64,000 nt of DNA from Lingula anatina. Lineage: Eukaryota; Animalia; Brachiopoda. The stretch covers positions 29,140,001-29,204,000 of the forward strand of contig CM120642.1 of NCBI GenBank assembly GCA_051362555.1, in the 5' to 3' direction. The translations under genes were made by a program, and so were the position numbers. Positions 51,389 through 64,000 of the stretch are shown here, piece after piece; within the stretch, counting starts at the first letter, position 1; each line of letters starts with the position of its first letter. The notes beneath the pieces are model-generated. The model searched no databases. It had not been told where the DNA came from and saw only the letters and a list, made by a program, of their open reading frames with translations.

Positions 51389-51964
51389 TACACTTGTCTA
51401 CAGTACAGCACACACTCCTTCTTGACTCAAATCTGTCTGTAAAACATATCCATTTAGCTATTTTACTGTTTAAAATAAAACAAACTTGACATAAATGCAC
51501 AAACACGGAGGCATTAGAGGTGATTATTTTTTCCACAGTCTGTCAATTGCAAGATGAGGCAATGCCTTGCTTTCCCCAAAACTGTTTGTTTTTCATTGTG
51601 TTGATGCATGCTATTGTACATATTTATTTCTATGTTTAGTGAAAAATAATGAAACATATCATTTCTTGTAGATGTTTTTCTCAAACCAGTACTAGTATGT
51701 ACCCAACATACATTCACAGCAATAAAATCAGTTGCAAATAGATATATTAATATGGATAATCCTGGCCCCATAAGCACACAAGTACATGTAAACATAATCT
51801 ATAATAAGGCAGATATCTTAAAGGACAATGTTCATGTAAAAATCTATTTCTCGAATTTTGAAGATACAGCACTCAATCTATACACTAGAGGTATGTTTTA
51901 ATCGATCCCCGCCATTTAAAAATTATAAAAACAATCTATTAGTAGAAAAAAAAGCGTTCTAGTA

Positions 51965-52270
51965 AACCTCACCTCAATATGCAAAAATGAAGCAACAGAT
52001 CTGGGTCACGTGGTACTGTGACGACAATCACGATAAAGGTCTATGAGACTCAACTGAGCTGCATGGTGCATACAGACGGAGAAGTTAAGGAAAGTTGTGT
52101 TGAACGGAGTAGAGGAATTTTCGTTATGCCTCGGTGTGTTGCCGTGGGATTCACCAAAATTGCAGCTCTCGTTGACAATCTTTCTTTGTCTGTCACGGTC
52201 TTCCGTGACTTACCTACTAACTTCGGTGACAATAGTTGCGATGCTCTAGATCATGGTCACCTCAGGTGGT
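51965..52270 (-). promoter_or_regulatory. CpG-retaining putative SLC26 promoter/first non-coding exon, with E-box GGTCACGTGG (~52004)
   Basis: Minus-strand donor GAG|GTGAG at 51972. CpG returns abruptly after a CpG-poor gene body. Confidence 0.45.
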
Positions 52271-52658
52271 TTAGATCATATCAAGAGCTGGTAGTCTTTC
52301 AGATTAACTGTCATCAGTTGGCAAACTTACTGATTGCTGATGCATTTTAAATGCATTGTAGTTGACCAAAAGCTCGTTTACAACAAACCTGTTAATTATG
52401 CACCGCTGCAATTCCCAAGCCAGGTAATAACAGGTATGAAACTCGTCTTGGTGGGCTTTCATATTTTTCAATATATCTCATTTATTTCATGGGGTTATTT
52501 TATTGGTATTTGTAAATGACGTTAAATATCAATACTTAAACAATTAAGTTCAAACACGGTCGCGAACATTAATAAAAGAAATTGCTCTCAGGGTATCTTG
52601 AAGCTTCCGTGGAAGAAAACGTGTTGAGGAAAAACAGGAAAAAGAGCGTTATATTAAA

Positions 52659-55600
52659 GACAAGGCAGCAAAGCTGTCAAATGTACAGACAAAAAGCAGG
52701 AAATAACAAAATAGGCTACTGTCAATTCTGATACAAAAGTACATTATGTTAAACTGCAAATTCAACATCAAATTTTAATTATGCTCAACAGGTAATACCA
52801 ATGAAAGTAAAATGTGTACCAAGCATAAGGCTTCAGGCCCATGGAAGTTCAAGTTCACACTTTGAAAATGTAAAACTTCCAGAAAAAGAAGTCAATTAGA
52901 CTGCTTTTCCAACGTCAGGCTGCATTTTAGTCCTGTATTTCTTTTTTGAAAGTTTTTCAATCATAAGTAACATGGTTTTCTCATAATGGTCATCATGGCA
53001 GCAGCACCCAAAATTGTGTTTTCTTCTATTCTGATGCAATATTACATAATGGTTTACAGCATAATGACAATCAATTTTTAATAAGAAAATATACCTATCA
53101 TGGATTTTCAGAAAATGTGACTATCATGGGTCTTCAAGCCTGTGGAACTTCAAAGTCACACATTGAAAATGCCAATATGTGAAAAATTAAATTTTCACAA
53201 AAAAATGTTTAACTGGCAGATTGCATTGCCTACTGAAGCTATATTTTAGTCCCATGTTTCTTTCCTGTAAGTTTGAGAACAGTAAGTGACATGGTTTTTC
53301 TTAAATGGTCATCATAGTAGCAGTGCCCAAAAATAGTTTTTTTTCAAATTTTGATGCAATATTACATAATGTTTAACAGCATAATGACCATCAATTTCTA
53401 ATAATAAAATATTAGTATCATGGATATTCAGAAAATGTGACTAGCAAAGGTCTTCTGGCCCATGGAACTTCAAAGTCACAACTCGAAATTGCCAAAATGT
53501 AAACAAGACAGCACTGTTCTGAAATGTTTTTTTCCACATTTTTAACAATTTTTAACATAAAACAAAATTAACAGTTTACTGCCATTTATATATGATCAAC
53601 TAAAAAAATTGATGAGATGGGAAAAAAATCAATAGAGCAGTGTTAAATGTCCAATTTCTTCCATTCTGAGATTCTGAACATAGTGAATGATTGAATCTGA
53701 CAAACTGCAATGATATGAGTTTTTTTCCATTTTTGAAACTTTATTACACAATACACGATAACAAGTTTACCATCATTTTTACAAAATCAACCAACAATGT
53801 TGTAAAGATGCAGGAAATGTCAAACAAACACTTTTACGTATCTTATTAATTAAATAATGAAACTGTTAACATGCCTAAGAATTGAATCTGAGGAAATGTG
53901 AAAAAACAGCATAACTTCTAAGATAATGGCCCGATTATGCTGATTTTCAAACTCAACTTGAGTTTTAGTAAGATTAACCACTCCTGTGAGTTTCATGACA
54001 ATTGGCCTATCTGTTTTTCTTATATTGTTTTAACAGTGTTGTATATATGCTGAAAAGTGAAAAAAACAGCATAACTACTAAAATAGTGGCCCGATCATGC
54101 CGATTTTCGAACATTTTAGTAAGATTAACCACTCCTGTGAGTTTCATGACAACTGGCCTATATGTTTTTCTTATATTGTGTTAACAGTGTTGCATATATG
54201 CTGAAAAGTGAAAAAAAAAACAGCATAACTTCTACAATAATGCCTCGATCATGTTGATTTTCGAACTTGACCTGCGTATTATGAATATTCATCAGCTCTG
54301 TAAATATAAAGCCAAAAAGTAAAACTGTCTTCCACTTATGGTGTTAACGATAAAAGTGCACGGCGACGGCAACATGGACGGCGAGGACAGATGCAGGTGA
54401 TGGCAATATGTACATAATAAAATATATGTATCGTGGATTTTCAGAAAATGTGACTAGCATGGGTCTTCAAGCCCTTGGAGGTTCTAAGTCACACCTTGAA
54501 AATGCCAATATGTGAAAAATTAAATTTTCACAAAAAACCGATTAACTGCCAGAAAGAATTACCAAACAGACTGCATTGCCTAATTAAACTGTATCTTAGT
54601 CCCATGTTTCTTTCCTGTAAGTTTGAGAACAGTAAGTGACATGGTTTTCCTTAAATGGTCATCATGGGAGCAGTGTCCAAAATAGGGGTTTCTTCAAATT
54701 TTGATGCAATATTACATAATGTTTAACAGCATAATGACCATCAATTTTTAATAATAAAATATTAGTATCATGGATATTCAGAAAATGTGACAAGCAAAGG
54801 TCTTCAGGCCCATGGAACTTCAAAGTCACACCTTGAAAATGCCAAAATGTAAACAAGACAGCACTGTCCTGAAATGTGTTTTTTTCCATTTTTAACAATT
54901 GTTTAACATATAACAAAATTAACAGTTTACTGCCATTTTTATATGATCAACTTAGAAAATTGATGACATGGGAAAAATATCAATAGAACAGTGTTTAATG
55001 TCCAATTTCCTCCATTCCGAGTTTCTGAACATAGTGAATGAATTAATCTGACAAACTGCAATGATATGAGTTTTTTTCCATTTTTGAAACTCTATTATAC
55101 AATACATGATAACAAGTTTACCATCATTTTTACATAATCAACTAACAATGTTGTAAAGTTGCAGGAAATGTCAAACAAACACATTTACGTATCTTATTAG
55201 TTAAATAATGAGACTGTTAACATGCCTAAGAATTGAATCTGAGGAAATGTGAAAAAACAGCATAACTTATAAAATAATGGCCCCATTATGCTGATTTTTG
55301 AACTTGACCTGCGTTTTAGTAAGATTGATTACTAATGTGAGTTTCATGACAACAGGCCTATCGGTTTTCCTTGATATGTGTTAACAATGTTGCATATATG
55401 CTGAAAAGTGAAAAAAACAGCATAACTACTAAAGTAGTGGCCCGATCATGCCGATTTTCGAACTTGACCTGCGTTTTAGTAAGATTGATTACCCCTATGA
55501 GTTTCATGACAACAGGCCTATCGGTTTTCCTTAAAATGTGTTAACAGGGTTGCATATATGCTGAAAAGTGAAAAAACAGCATAACTTCTACAATAATGGC

Positions 55601-55805
55601 CCGATCATGCTGATTTTCGAACTTGACCTGTGTTTTATGAATATTCATCAGCTCTGTAAATATAAAGCCAAAAAGTAAAACTGCCCTCCACTTATCGTGT
55701 TAACAAGGAAAGTGCACGGCGCCGGCATCGGCATCGGCATCGGCGACGACAGACGCAGGTGATGGCAATATGTACAGACACTTCTGTGTCTGTACATAAA
55801 AAAAT
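52659..55805 (-). mobile_element. HINE/Helentron-like element with nested tandem repeats (~1.35-kb duplication containing ~320-bp and ~159-bp subrepeats)
   Basis: Terminal 13-bp perfect hairpin TATGTACAGACAC-TTCT-GTGTCTGTACATA (55769-55798) next to an A-run and (GGCATC)n. Inverted subTIR ATGTACAGACA at 52681-91 beside hairpin GGCAGC-AAA-GCTGTC (52664-78). Blocks ~53100-54420 and ~54433-55800 align. Confidence 0.75.
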
Positions 55806-57687
55806 GGGAACTGCTATAATAAAATGGTTCGTTATCCTAATTCGTTTATGCTTTGAGGATTTGTTTCTGAAGATTATTTCATCTGAAATATTAAATAATT
55901 TAAAAGATTGATTATTTTATAACTTGAAATGCAAATTCTGCGTCAGTACGCAATTTTTTTTTGCAAATTTGTAAGCTTATAACACCGTGCTATAAAGATC
56001 TACTCAAGAAAAAAATTTGCTTGGGTAAAATTGAGTACGGAATGAACTGGAGACACTTGGCTTGTCATTAAGTTTACACGAAAATATGTCAGGTAACTTT
56101 ATACTGTCTTTGAAAGAGTAAAGATTGAAAGATAATTTTAGACAAACTTTGACGGGGGAAATACCTACAAAGAGTAATGGGCTATTTCGCCAACATCTTG
56201 TTGAAAATTTTACACTGCAATTCTATTCAAATAAGCTAAGGAACTAATTGCCAAATTAATACTCTCATCACATAACAGGGGGGTAACCAGACCTGCAAAA
56301 ATTGTACGCACATATTTAAAAAGATTACAAGCACATACAGCAAAATGTAGACTTACGCAAAACATGAAGGACAGCGTAATCACAGCAAATGTACCTCATA
56401 TAGTAGCTTAATTTCCATTAATAATAAAATCATCATTTAAGTCAAAAATATTCTTGCGATTTAATAACTATTTTAATTTACCCAGAACGGTATATTTATT
56501 TTAAAGGCGGTTAACTGAAATATAGTTTTATGATTTGTTTGTGAAAATTGCCCATGTCACCCTGTTAGTTTGGAGGTCTAAGCTGGATCAAGTCCGTGTT
56601 AAAATTCCTATGAAGTTGTGCAGGAAAAATTCTTCCTTTCTTTCTCTAGCTCCTCGATAAACCTGGTGTTCAGATTTTATCTAGTACCCCCAGGTCTACA
56701 GGAGCTGCGCTTTGTAACTAACGCACAGGTAGATTTTTACCTGAGATAACTGGAGTAAAGCTTAGATAGAGAGTGCGTTCGATACAAGCAAGACAAATTG
56801 AATGCCATTTAACCCTCTAATTAAGAGGTAAAGGAAGTTCCAGTTAGATGGATGATTAAGATAGGACTTGTAAAGGTAACGGGCATTGTTTACCTCAGTT
56901 TAATAAAAGTATGCAAGACGGAGTGTCAGTGGTTTAATAAAATAAATTGAATTTCACAAATAACATGGACCTCATATGCAATAATCAACATTTCCCTTAA
57001 CTCATTCAAATGCAGTGTTTTATACAACTTGGGATAACCATAATGAAATGCTTGTTAAAGAAATGACTAGATGGGAAATGGTTTTACACAGCTTCACGAA
57101 GATTTAGACCCCTCGGGTAAGAGATTTGAATGAGTATAAACTTTTATCAGAAGCCAGAGAAGTCATCTTACAGGTAGACAATGCAGCTCAGTTTGACAGC
57201 TAAGCACGCTCTGTTCTCCAGTGGCTCGATTGTCGTCATTGGACCACGTGACCACGTAGCTCATTAACTCCCAGGCCGAGCAAATAGGACGTTTTTTAAA
57301 GCAAAAAATTTACAAAATGAGCTTTTAATTTGTGTATTTGGATAAAGATATCGTTAGTTGGGCATGTTTTCTGAAGAATATGTTCCGTTCAGGCCATTCT
57401 GACGGCATGAAGCAAACCCTATAAGATCTAAGGGATTATTTCCCTGGACAAGTTGTTATTCATCATGTACTATCCCTGGGACACACTGCATGTTATTTTT
57501 CTGCACCTGATCTCTTTCTGCCAGTTAGCCTGGTTGAATATCTGCAGATAAATTTACTTTCACTTCATGTACAGCATACCATAATCTATCATTTTCTCAT
57601 TTCCTTTTTATTTATTTTTTTTCTGAAGGTGTTAATTACCCCCTAGCTGCTAGAGGAGGCATGGCAAACATTTAAGCCGATTCCTTA

Positions 57688-57902
57688 GAGTGCATTCCCA
57701 CAGATTTAGATAGATCCATCTAGATCGACCTAACTCCCTGGGGGTTCACGCTAAATTGCTGTCAGCCAAGCAGGCACGGTAGTTAACTACCCCCTTACAG
57801 CTTTTAGTAGGCAGGACAGACATTTCAGCTGGCTAAGCTGACAGTAATCTAGTGAGACTCCCCACAGGGATAGATCGATCTAAAATCTGTGGGAATGGGG
57901 TC
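57688..57902 (+). mobile_element. Harbinger/Tourist-like MITE, family 1 copy
   Basis: TTA duplication on both sides (57685-87, 57903-05). Confidence 0.9.
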
Positions 57903-58311
57903 TTAGATTACACTTGGAATACATCCCCTACAGAGTTGGACCGAACCAGCTTATATAAAAATGGTTTGTCTCCTTAAGTTTCATTTGCTTGCTTACCTGT
58001 CATGCCACAATGAAGTGATATACATACTTATGTGGGAGTTAGCAAGGATGAGGCTTCCATTAATAAGTGAAAAGTCTGAAAATTAAAATGGCATGGGATC
58101 CAGGGAGCCTTCTGCATCGATTTTAAAAATAATATTTTCAGCTCCCAAAAAGTAAAAAAATCCACCGATAGTTGGAAAAAACTCATTTGGGTTATAGTTG
58201 AAATAAATGCATGAAAAGGTGGATCTAATAATGATTGATACAATATTTTAACGTCCCAGGAAGCAACCTACTGTGCAAAATAAAGCATCTCTGTGGCAGA
58301 AGTAGCTTAGA

Positions 58312-58830
58312 GATCCTTCCCATAATCCTTCCGTACTAGCAGGATCAATCTATCTCCGAGGAGATTCTTGCTAAATTGCATTCAGTTTAAGCAGCTCAAA
58401 TGTCTGGTCTGCTACAGGGTAATTAACTTTCATGCACACTTGGTTCCTGGATATTCTTTCACGTAGTTTTGAGTGTGATCTGTGTGCATGCTACTAATAA
58501 ATGCACATGGCGATGCACTCTTTGCATTTACCTTGAGAAAATTGTCTGCACAATTTGCAGTCTGAGTTGAAAGAACGCACACCAGGTGACAAGACAGTTA
58601 AGAGGATGCTTGCAAGATCTGATAATTGGGCTAAGGACGAGGTGGTTGCGTGCTCTGTTGGAGAACTGGGGGGAGGAGGGGCTTTTGGAAGCCAACCGTA
58701 CACGAAAGTTAATTACCCCCTAGCAATTGACTTCAGTAGGGTAACAGACACTTAAGCCCCTTAAACTGAATGCAATTTAGCAAGAATCCCATACGAGTTA
58801 GAGCGATCCTGCTAGTGCAAAAGGGTTGGC
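58312..58830. mobile_element. Longer, older relative of MITE family 1 with ~120-bp inverted arms and a ~270-bp core
   Basis: ACTAGCAGGATC...GATTCTTGCTAAATTGCATTCAGTTTAAG...GGGTAATTAACTTT is mirrored by AAAGTTAATTACCC...CTTAAACTGAATGCAATTTAGCAAGAATC...GATCCTGCTAGT. Confidence 0.7.
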
Positions 58831-59906
58831 CAACATGATTTTTTGAGTTTGCTTCTGGCCAAGAAACAATCCTTAACATACAGTGTACATGTACAAATGT
58901 ACAATACTTCTTGCATACAAAAGCCTGTTCATTTTAGCCATTACTTTAAGTTTCTTGCAATAACATGAAAAATCACAAAGTGAATAAAAACAAAATGCAT
59001 TTCATATACATGTAGCAGAGACATGCCCGAGACATATTTCTCAAAGTAACTATAAAAAAGGGTGGAAAAAGAGTTATATAAGCACGACCACTATCTGTGC
59101 CTGTGTGCGTGCATGTGAGTGTTGTAGGGCCGGTCGTGGGCGGTCCGTCGTGCTTGGGGGTGGGGGTGCCCCCGTCAGGACATATGTTTTCGGCCTAACA
59201 TGTAAGGTCCCTGTGGGTAAGTTACAATTGTAGGTTTACAGCATGTTAAGTCGTCATATGTCATATGATGCAACGCCGGCATGATTGGTTATATAATGGG
59301 GAAACTATTTGTTTATAAAAAGCACCATTACCAATGTAATACCAGGTCATGTGAACCGATTATGACACCAGTGCAAAGACTTTATTAAATATACAACTAG
59401 CTTGAATAAGAAAAGCGCCATTTACCTTTTTTATGAGTGATTTCCAATTACTGAAAAACTCGAAATTTGCAGGTGTTTTGTAACGCTACCTCTATTTACT
59501 GAAGAGTGATAAGGCAGATTCTAAGACGAGCCCGTGGAATTTTATAACGCTTGAACTCTGATTGAACTATGCCCGACTGTCACCTTGCCTGTCACCTTGA
59601 TCGGTTACTCTGGTTACTAATGGGCATTACTTTATATGCCTATGGGGTATAAATAGTTTCCTGATTTTGATAGTTTTTGAGTTATGGTAGACTAGTATCG
59701 TTTTCTGCGGTAGGCTAAGGTTATAAAATTAAACCAGGTTCGTTACCCAATCAAGGTGCTTGATGACAGCCGAGCGTGGCTTGAACCTATGCCCTATTAA
59801 AAAATATCGCAGAGTTCATAATTTCATTCATTAAACAGATAATATACCGCTAGTTTTCTCGTCAGGCCTGTGTACCGTTGCTCTATCCATAGGCTACCTG
59901 GCATTT

Positions 59907-59907
<1 letters not shown>

Positions 59908-59968
<61 letters not shown>
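59908..59968. repeat. (TAA)n microsatellite
   Basis: About 20 perfect units. Other simple repeats: (CA)n 6455-6480, (TAAA)n 11583-11655, poly-T 17637-17689, (GT)n 47529-47572, (TAAA)n 47972-48003. Confidence 0.95.
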
Positions 59969-59969
<1 letters not shown>

Positions 59970-61874
59970 GAACAGCTCTTCATTTTAGCGGTTGAAAGTG
60001 TCATAAAACAGATTTTCCTTGGGTAAACGACAATTTTCCCATACTTTCCTATGATTATAATGAATCCGTGTCCACATTCAAAGTTAGTCGATTTTTAAAG
60101 TTTTTTTAATATTCTCTCAAGAGGGTAGCCAACTATGAAGGTCCACGTGGTCACATGGCAATCACAAATTTCAGAATAATTGCGATAACTGCAGTTTTGG
60201 TTAAAATTTATTATATTTCTATGTGTTGTTTGCAATATATATATTTCTTATGAATATTTTGAATCTCAATTGAAGAGTTGTTTCCCTTATTTAATTATTT
60301 AGCGTAGTTCAAAATGTTTTCCGTAACGATAAGACCGTCATGTCCTCCTGTTTGAACTGCGTGTTTACGCTTGGGCAAATATCTGGGTTTTTTTTTTTTT
60401 CATTCGGTGTACGGTATACATTTCAGGAGGCAATATCGACATTAGGTAGGCTACATGAACATGTAGGTCTCTCTGAATTGAAAAAGTTACTGAACCAAAA
60501 TATAAACACGCAAAGAAAAATGTGAAGACCGCCTCAGTTTCGTTGATACTTTGTCATTTACCAAATTGTAATTTTTAATTCCTGTGAATGAAAAAAAAAT
60601 TAGAGGGGAAAAACATTAATAGCCGTATTATACGCATGCTTACTTACCTGCAAATTTACCAGCTTACTGCACTGAGTTGTACCCAGCTGAGCAAACCAGT
60701 AAGAAACACACTTCAGATTCATTGCGCACATACACTGTATGACTGGTGGGAATGGGATAAAATTAAAAGCCCTTTTTTGAAATAATAAAATCACTGCTTT
60801 CGAGAACATTATGTTAAGAAAATAGAACATCTGACGAAAATTTTAACAATGACATTTTCTAACTAAAAATCGTACAATTTTTAAAGCCATTCCATACGGG
60901 ATTTTCGCACCAAATGTAATTTTCATACATTAAGAAGTATTTTTTTATTACTCATGAATCATTGCTAGGTCGTTCCTGCACTCGACTTGAATTCAACGTT
61001 TTGAAAACAAATATAATTAAACAAGTCGAATGACTTTTAGTTTTAAACGATCATGGTTCATTTAGAACGCCATGCCTTTGAATTCCGGACATTTCAAAGG
61101 AAATTGGGCCTACAGACATCAGGTACTTTTCTTTTACGTTTTTAGTATTTTTAATGTCTGGATTGGGAAGTAGCTTTGCAGCATATTTGGGCAAAAATGT
61201 CACTTATCTTATTCCGCTCCTCATCATACATGTGCCTTCGTGCGCTGACATAGTACATGTAGGCCTATATTTATATCTTTCATTGCGCATCTCGGCATAT
61301 TAAAAAAAAAAGGAAAAAAAAACATTTCCCTCCAAAAATCACCTTTTTTTTCAATACATTTCCTTACAATATAATAGTACAATGCACTGGAGTAAACGTG
61401 CAGTCCCCCTTTTTCCCCAAAGAAAAAAAAAAACACCGATACCTCAGTATAATGTTACATGTACTGTACACTATAGCAAAAATGTAGGTAATTTTTTTAG
61501 AAAGGTTTACAGCCTGCCCGTTCAAGACCATAGCCGCGCACCTGTTTGCTTGACGAAAAACCCCTTCCTCTCCATATCTATCCCACGCAAACTTTTACAA
61601 AACCAGCAGGAACTTGTTTGCTTTATCCTTTATTTTTCAACCTTGATTTTAGACCAGCGCTAGAACAAGTCCGTCTGTCAGCTGCTAGAATGACAGCCGA
61701 GGGGTGCAAAAGAACAGCCGTTCACCGACCAATCACTGGCACGTATAGAAGTCACATGAGAGAATACATAAACCTCTTTCATAACATCAGTACACCAACT
61801 GTGACATAAGGCATGGTACATATAGAATCGTTCACTCTAAACGTGTGATTCTCTGAGTCAGAGGCTTCGTCGAA

Positions 61875-63814
61875 ATGGTAGACTTAGCCAGAGAGGCATT
61901 CAATACTAACAATTATATTCTTGCCTCCGAGATCTACTCCCGAACGATTCGGGATAGCGGTCCAACGCTGGAGTTGTATCTCGGGCAGGCAGATTCGCTG
62001 GCAAGAGCTGGAAAGCTTCGAGAAGCTGCCGAGGCTTACATAAATGCCTTTAGGTTAGGGACTGTGACTTCTGAACAATTGAAGCATCTCGCAACAGGCA
62101 TGGTCACGCTATTTAGCAAACAGGAGGATTTTATTCCGAAGGCGAGGACGCGCAAATTTAAGGACATGTTTGAATGTGGAATATGCAAAGGAATTATGAA
62201 TGATCCCGTCACAACGCCTTGTGGTCATAGTTTCTGTAGAAACTGCTTAGAAAGAGAACAGTCAAAAAAGTGCCGTACTTGTGGGGTAGTGCATTTTTAC
62301 ATGGTGGCCTCAGCCCTAAAGACGAACATTATTTTACACAAAACCGTCGAGAAATGGTTCCCTTCCCAAGTGCAATCTACTAAACTAAAGATGGAGGGAA
62401 ACAAATTGTTTGAGGAAAGGAAGGTACAGGAAGCATTGGAATTATATTCTCAGGCATGTGATTTAGGTAAGGTTGATATTACGTTGTGAACGTCTGTTTT
62501 ATGATATTTCTTACATTTATAGTGTCTTTGTAACAGCTTTGTATTCTTTTGATATGTCACGTTGCGAACCACGTTACGCATGCGGTAGTTGTGTAAGTTA
62601 GTATTAACACAATCAATGACGGCATTATTTACACTTTTTACTAAAATGATTTAACATCTACTCTGAAAAACTTGTGTTCTATCAAGATATAACCAAAATG
62701 ACAGGCGTGTAATTCATCACGTTTTACATAACCCTTAGATAATCGAAGAAATGGATGACCTAGTTTTATAATATACGGGGGGCATAAAAACACTTGATCG
62801 AACAGCCAAAACAATAGTTCGGCTTAGGTCAGATTTCTCTGTTATTATACCTTTTTCAAAGTATAGATCTATTGCAATTGTTAATTTACATTAACGCATA
62901 TTTATCATTTAAGACAAAAAATATTGATTTGAACTGTGATGATATTGTGCCTCCGGTCTCGAATTTTAATTCATTTTACCATTAAAAAAAAAAAAAAAAT
63001 TAATGTTTGTCATAATTCTTACTTTAGATCTATATATTTACTTTGATTCTAACAGTTACTTATCACTGAAGATTGTATATTTAAATGATAAATATTGCCA
63101 ATAAGTATTTCAGTATGAGATATAAAAACCAAATTAACAATGAAATTATATATGAATAGCAAATGTTAAAGATATAAACCTTAATTCTCTTCATAGCACC
63201 AGATGATCATTTACTGATGAGCAACATGTCTTATGCATACTGGGCCTTGGGAAAGTTTGACCAAGCTTTAACAAATGCTGATATGACAGTGAAATTAAAA
63301 CCAGACTGGCCAAAGGTGAGTTTGTTTGAGGCATTTTGTCGTACAAACTTCTTGAAGTGATGATAACATAAATATCGTACTTACTTCTTCATTTTGTATC
63401 AAGAAGACAAAATTATACTGCTGATGTCTGTGTTATATCTGTATAAAAGTTTTGTGTATTTTAGATGTCTTGATAGCATTAGCAAGCTTTAATATGCTTT
63501 ATGGAAACACAAAAGTTCAATCAGCACTTACCTTTTATGATATAGTGAACCAAATTTTCTTCTTTTTTACATGTTTCAAAAATATATCTTAAGTATTATT
63601 TGGGGGGAAATTTTAATATTTTTGTTTGATATGTTGTATAAACAAGTAAAAAATGAGACATTTTCAAGGTTAATTTTTGTCTTTCTTGAAGGGCCATTAC
63701 AGGAAGGGGATGGCCTTGTTAGGACTGCATAGGCCAGAAGATGCTGTTCTTTCATTCTTGCTTTGTCTTTCTCTTGACCCTAGCATTCAGAGTGCTAGAA
63801 CTGGACTGACAACG
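61875..63814 (+). CDS. LONRF: LON peptidase N-terminal domain and RING finger protein-like; 3'-partial; exons 61875-62466, 63197-63315, 63692-63814
   Basis: TPR helices, then a C3HC4 RING (CGIC...PVTTPCGHSFCRNC...CRTC), then more TPRs (LKMEGNKLF, APDDHLLMSN, PDWPKGHYRKG, FLLCLSLDP). This TPR-RING-TPR order is typical of LONRF1-3. The LON domain itself lies beyond the window. Confidence 0.82.
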
Positions 63815-64000
63815 GTATGTACATGGACTCTGGCAGTCCATCCTTGAAGGTTTCAGTTCATCCATCTAAATTTTTTTTAAATGGAAATAGACTTATATGA
63901 TGTGTTAAGTTGTTTGCTTAGAAATCTGAGCTCTCCTTTGTTAAGTTACTACGGATCAAAAGAAAATGCTTTGAAAATGTAAGATAAAAATGAATGGAGT

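Noticed and set aside
52018-52350. 110-aa plus-strand ORF
   Set aside because: GTG start, no recognisable motif; best explained by the locally higher GC of the promoter region.

Overview
AT-rich, intron-rich animal genomic DNA. It is probably from a marine invertebrate; the taxon cannot be fixed from sequence alone. Manual GT-AG splicing gives six protein-coding genes. (1) The 3' part of an HSPA12-like atypical Hsp70 (+, to 2411). (2, 3) Two tandem 8-exon paralogs encoding an uncharacterised 279-aa secreted protein (-, 3331-7508 and 9287-12942). (4) A complete 16-exon maelstrom (+, 15452-27134, about 676 aa) with a very long low-complexity RG/PPG tail. (5) A complete 20-coding-exon SLC26 (prestin/pendrin-like) anion transporter (-, 34103-50807, about 837 aa). 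(6) The 5' part of a LONRF-type TPR-RING gene (+, from 61875). Non-coding DNA holds a decayed Tc1 (DD34E) element, a Harbinger Myb/SANT remnant, at least 6 young and several old Harbinger-type MITEs, two ~3 kb HINE/Helentron-like elements with internal satellite arrays, and further tandem arrays. There is no prokaryotic system, CRISPR array, rRNA or confident tRNA. The best leads are: an SLC26 with His/Met at canonical anion-pocket positions plus four tandem 63-nt STAS exons; one exon that is 100% identical between otherwise diverged paralogs; the Vasa/Piwi-like tail on Maelstrom; a MITE whose empty site is preserved next door; and strong enrichment of TACATGTA/TAGGCCTA octamers. All exon models are hand-derived and untested against RNA data.
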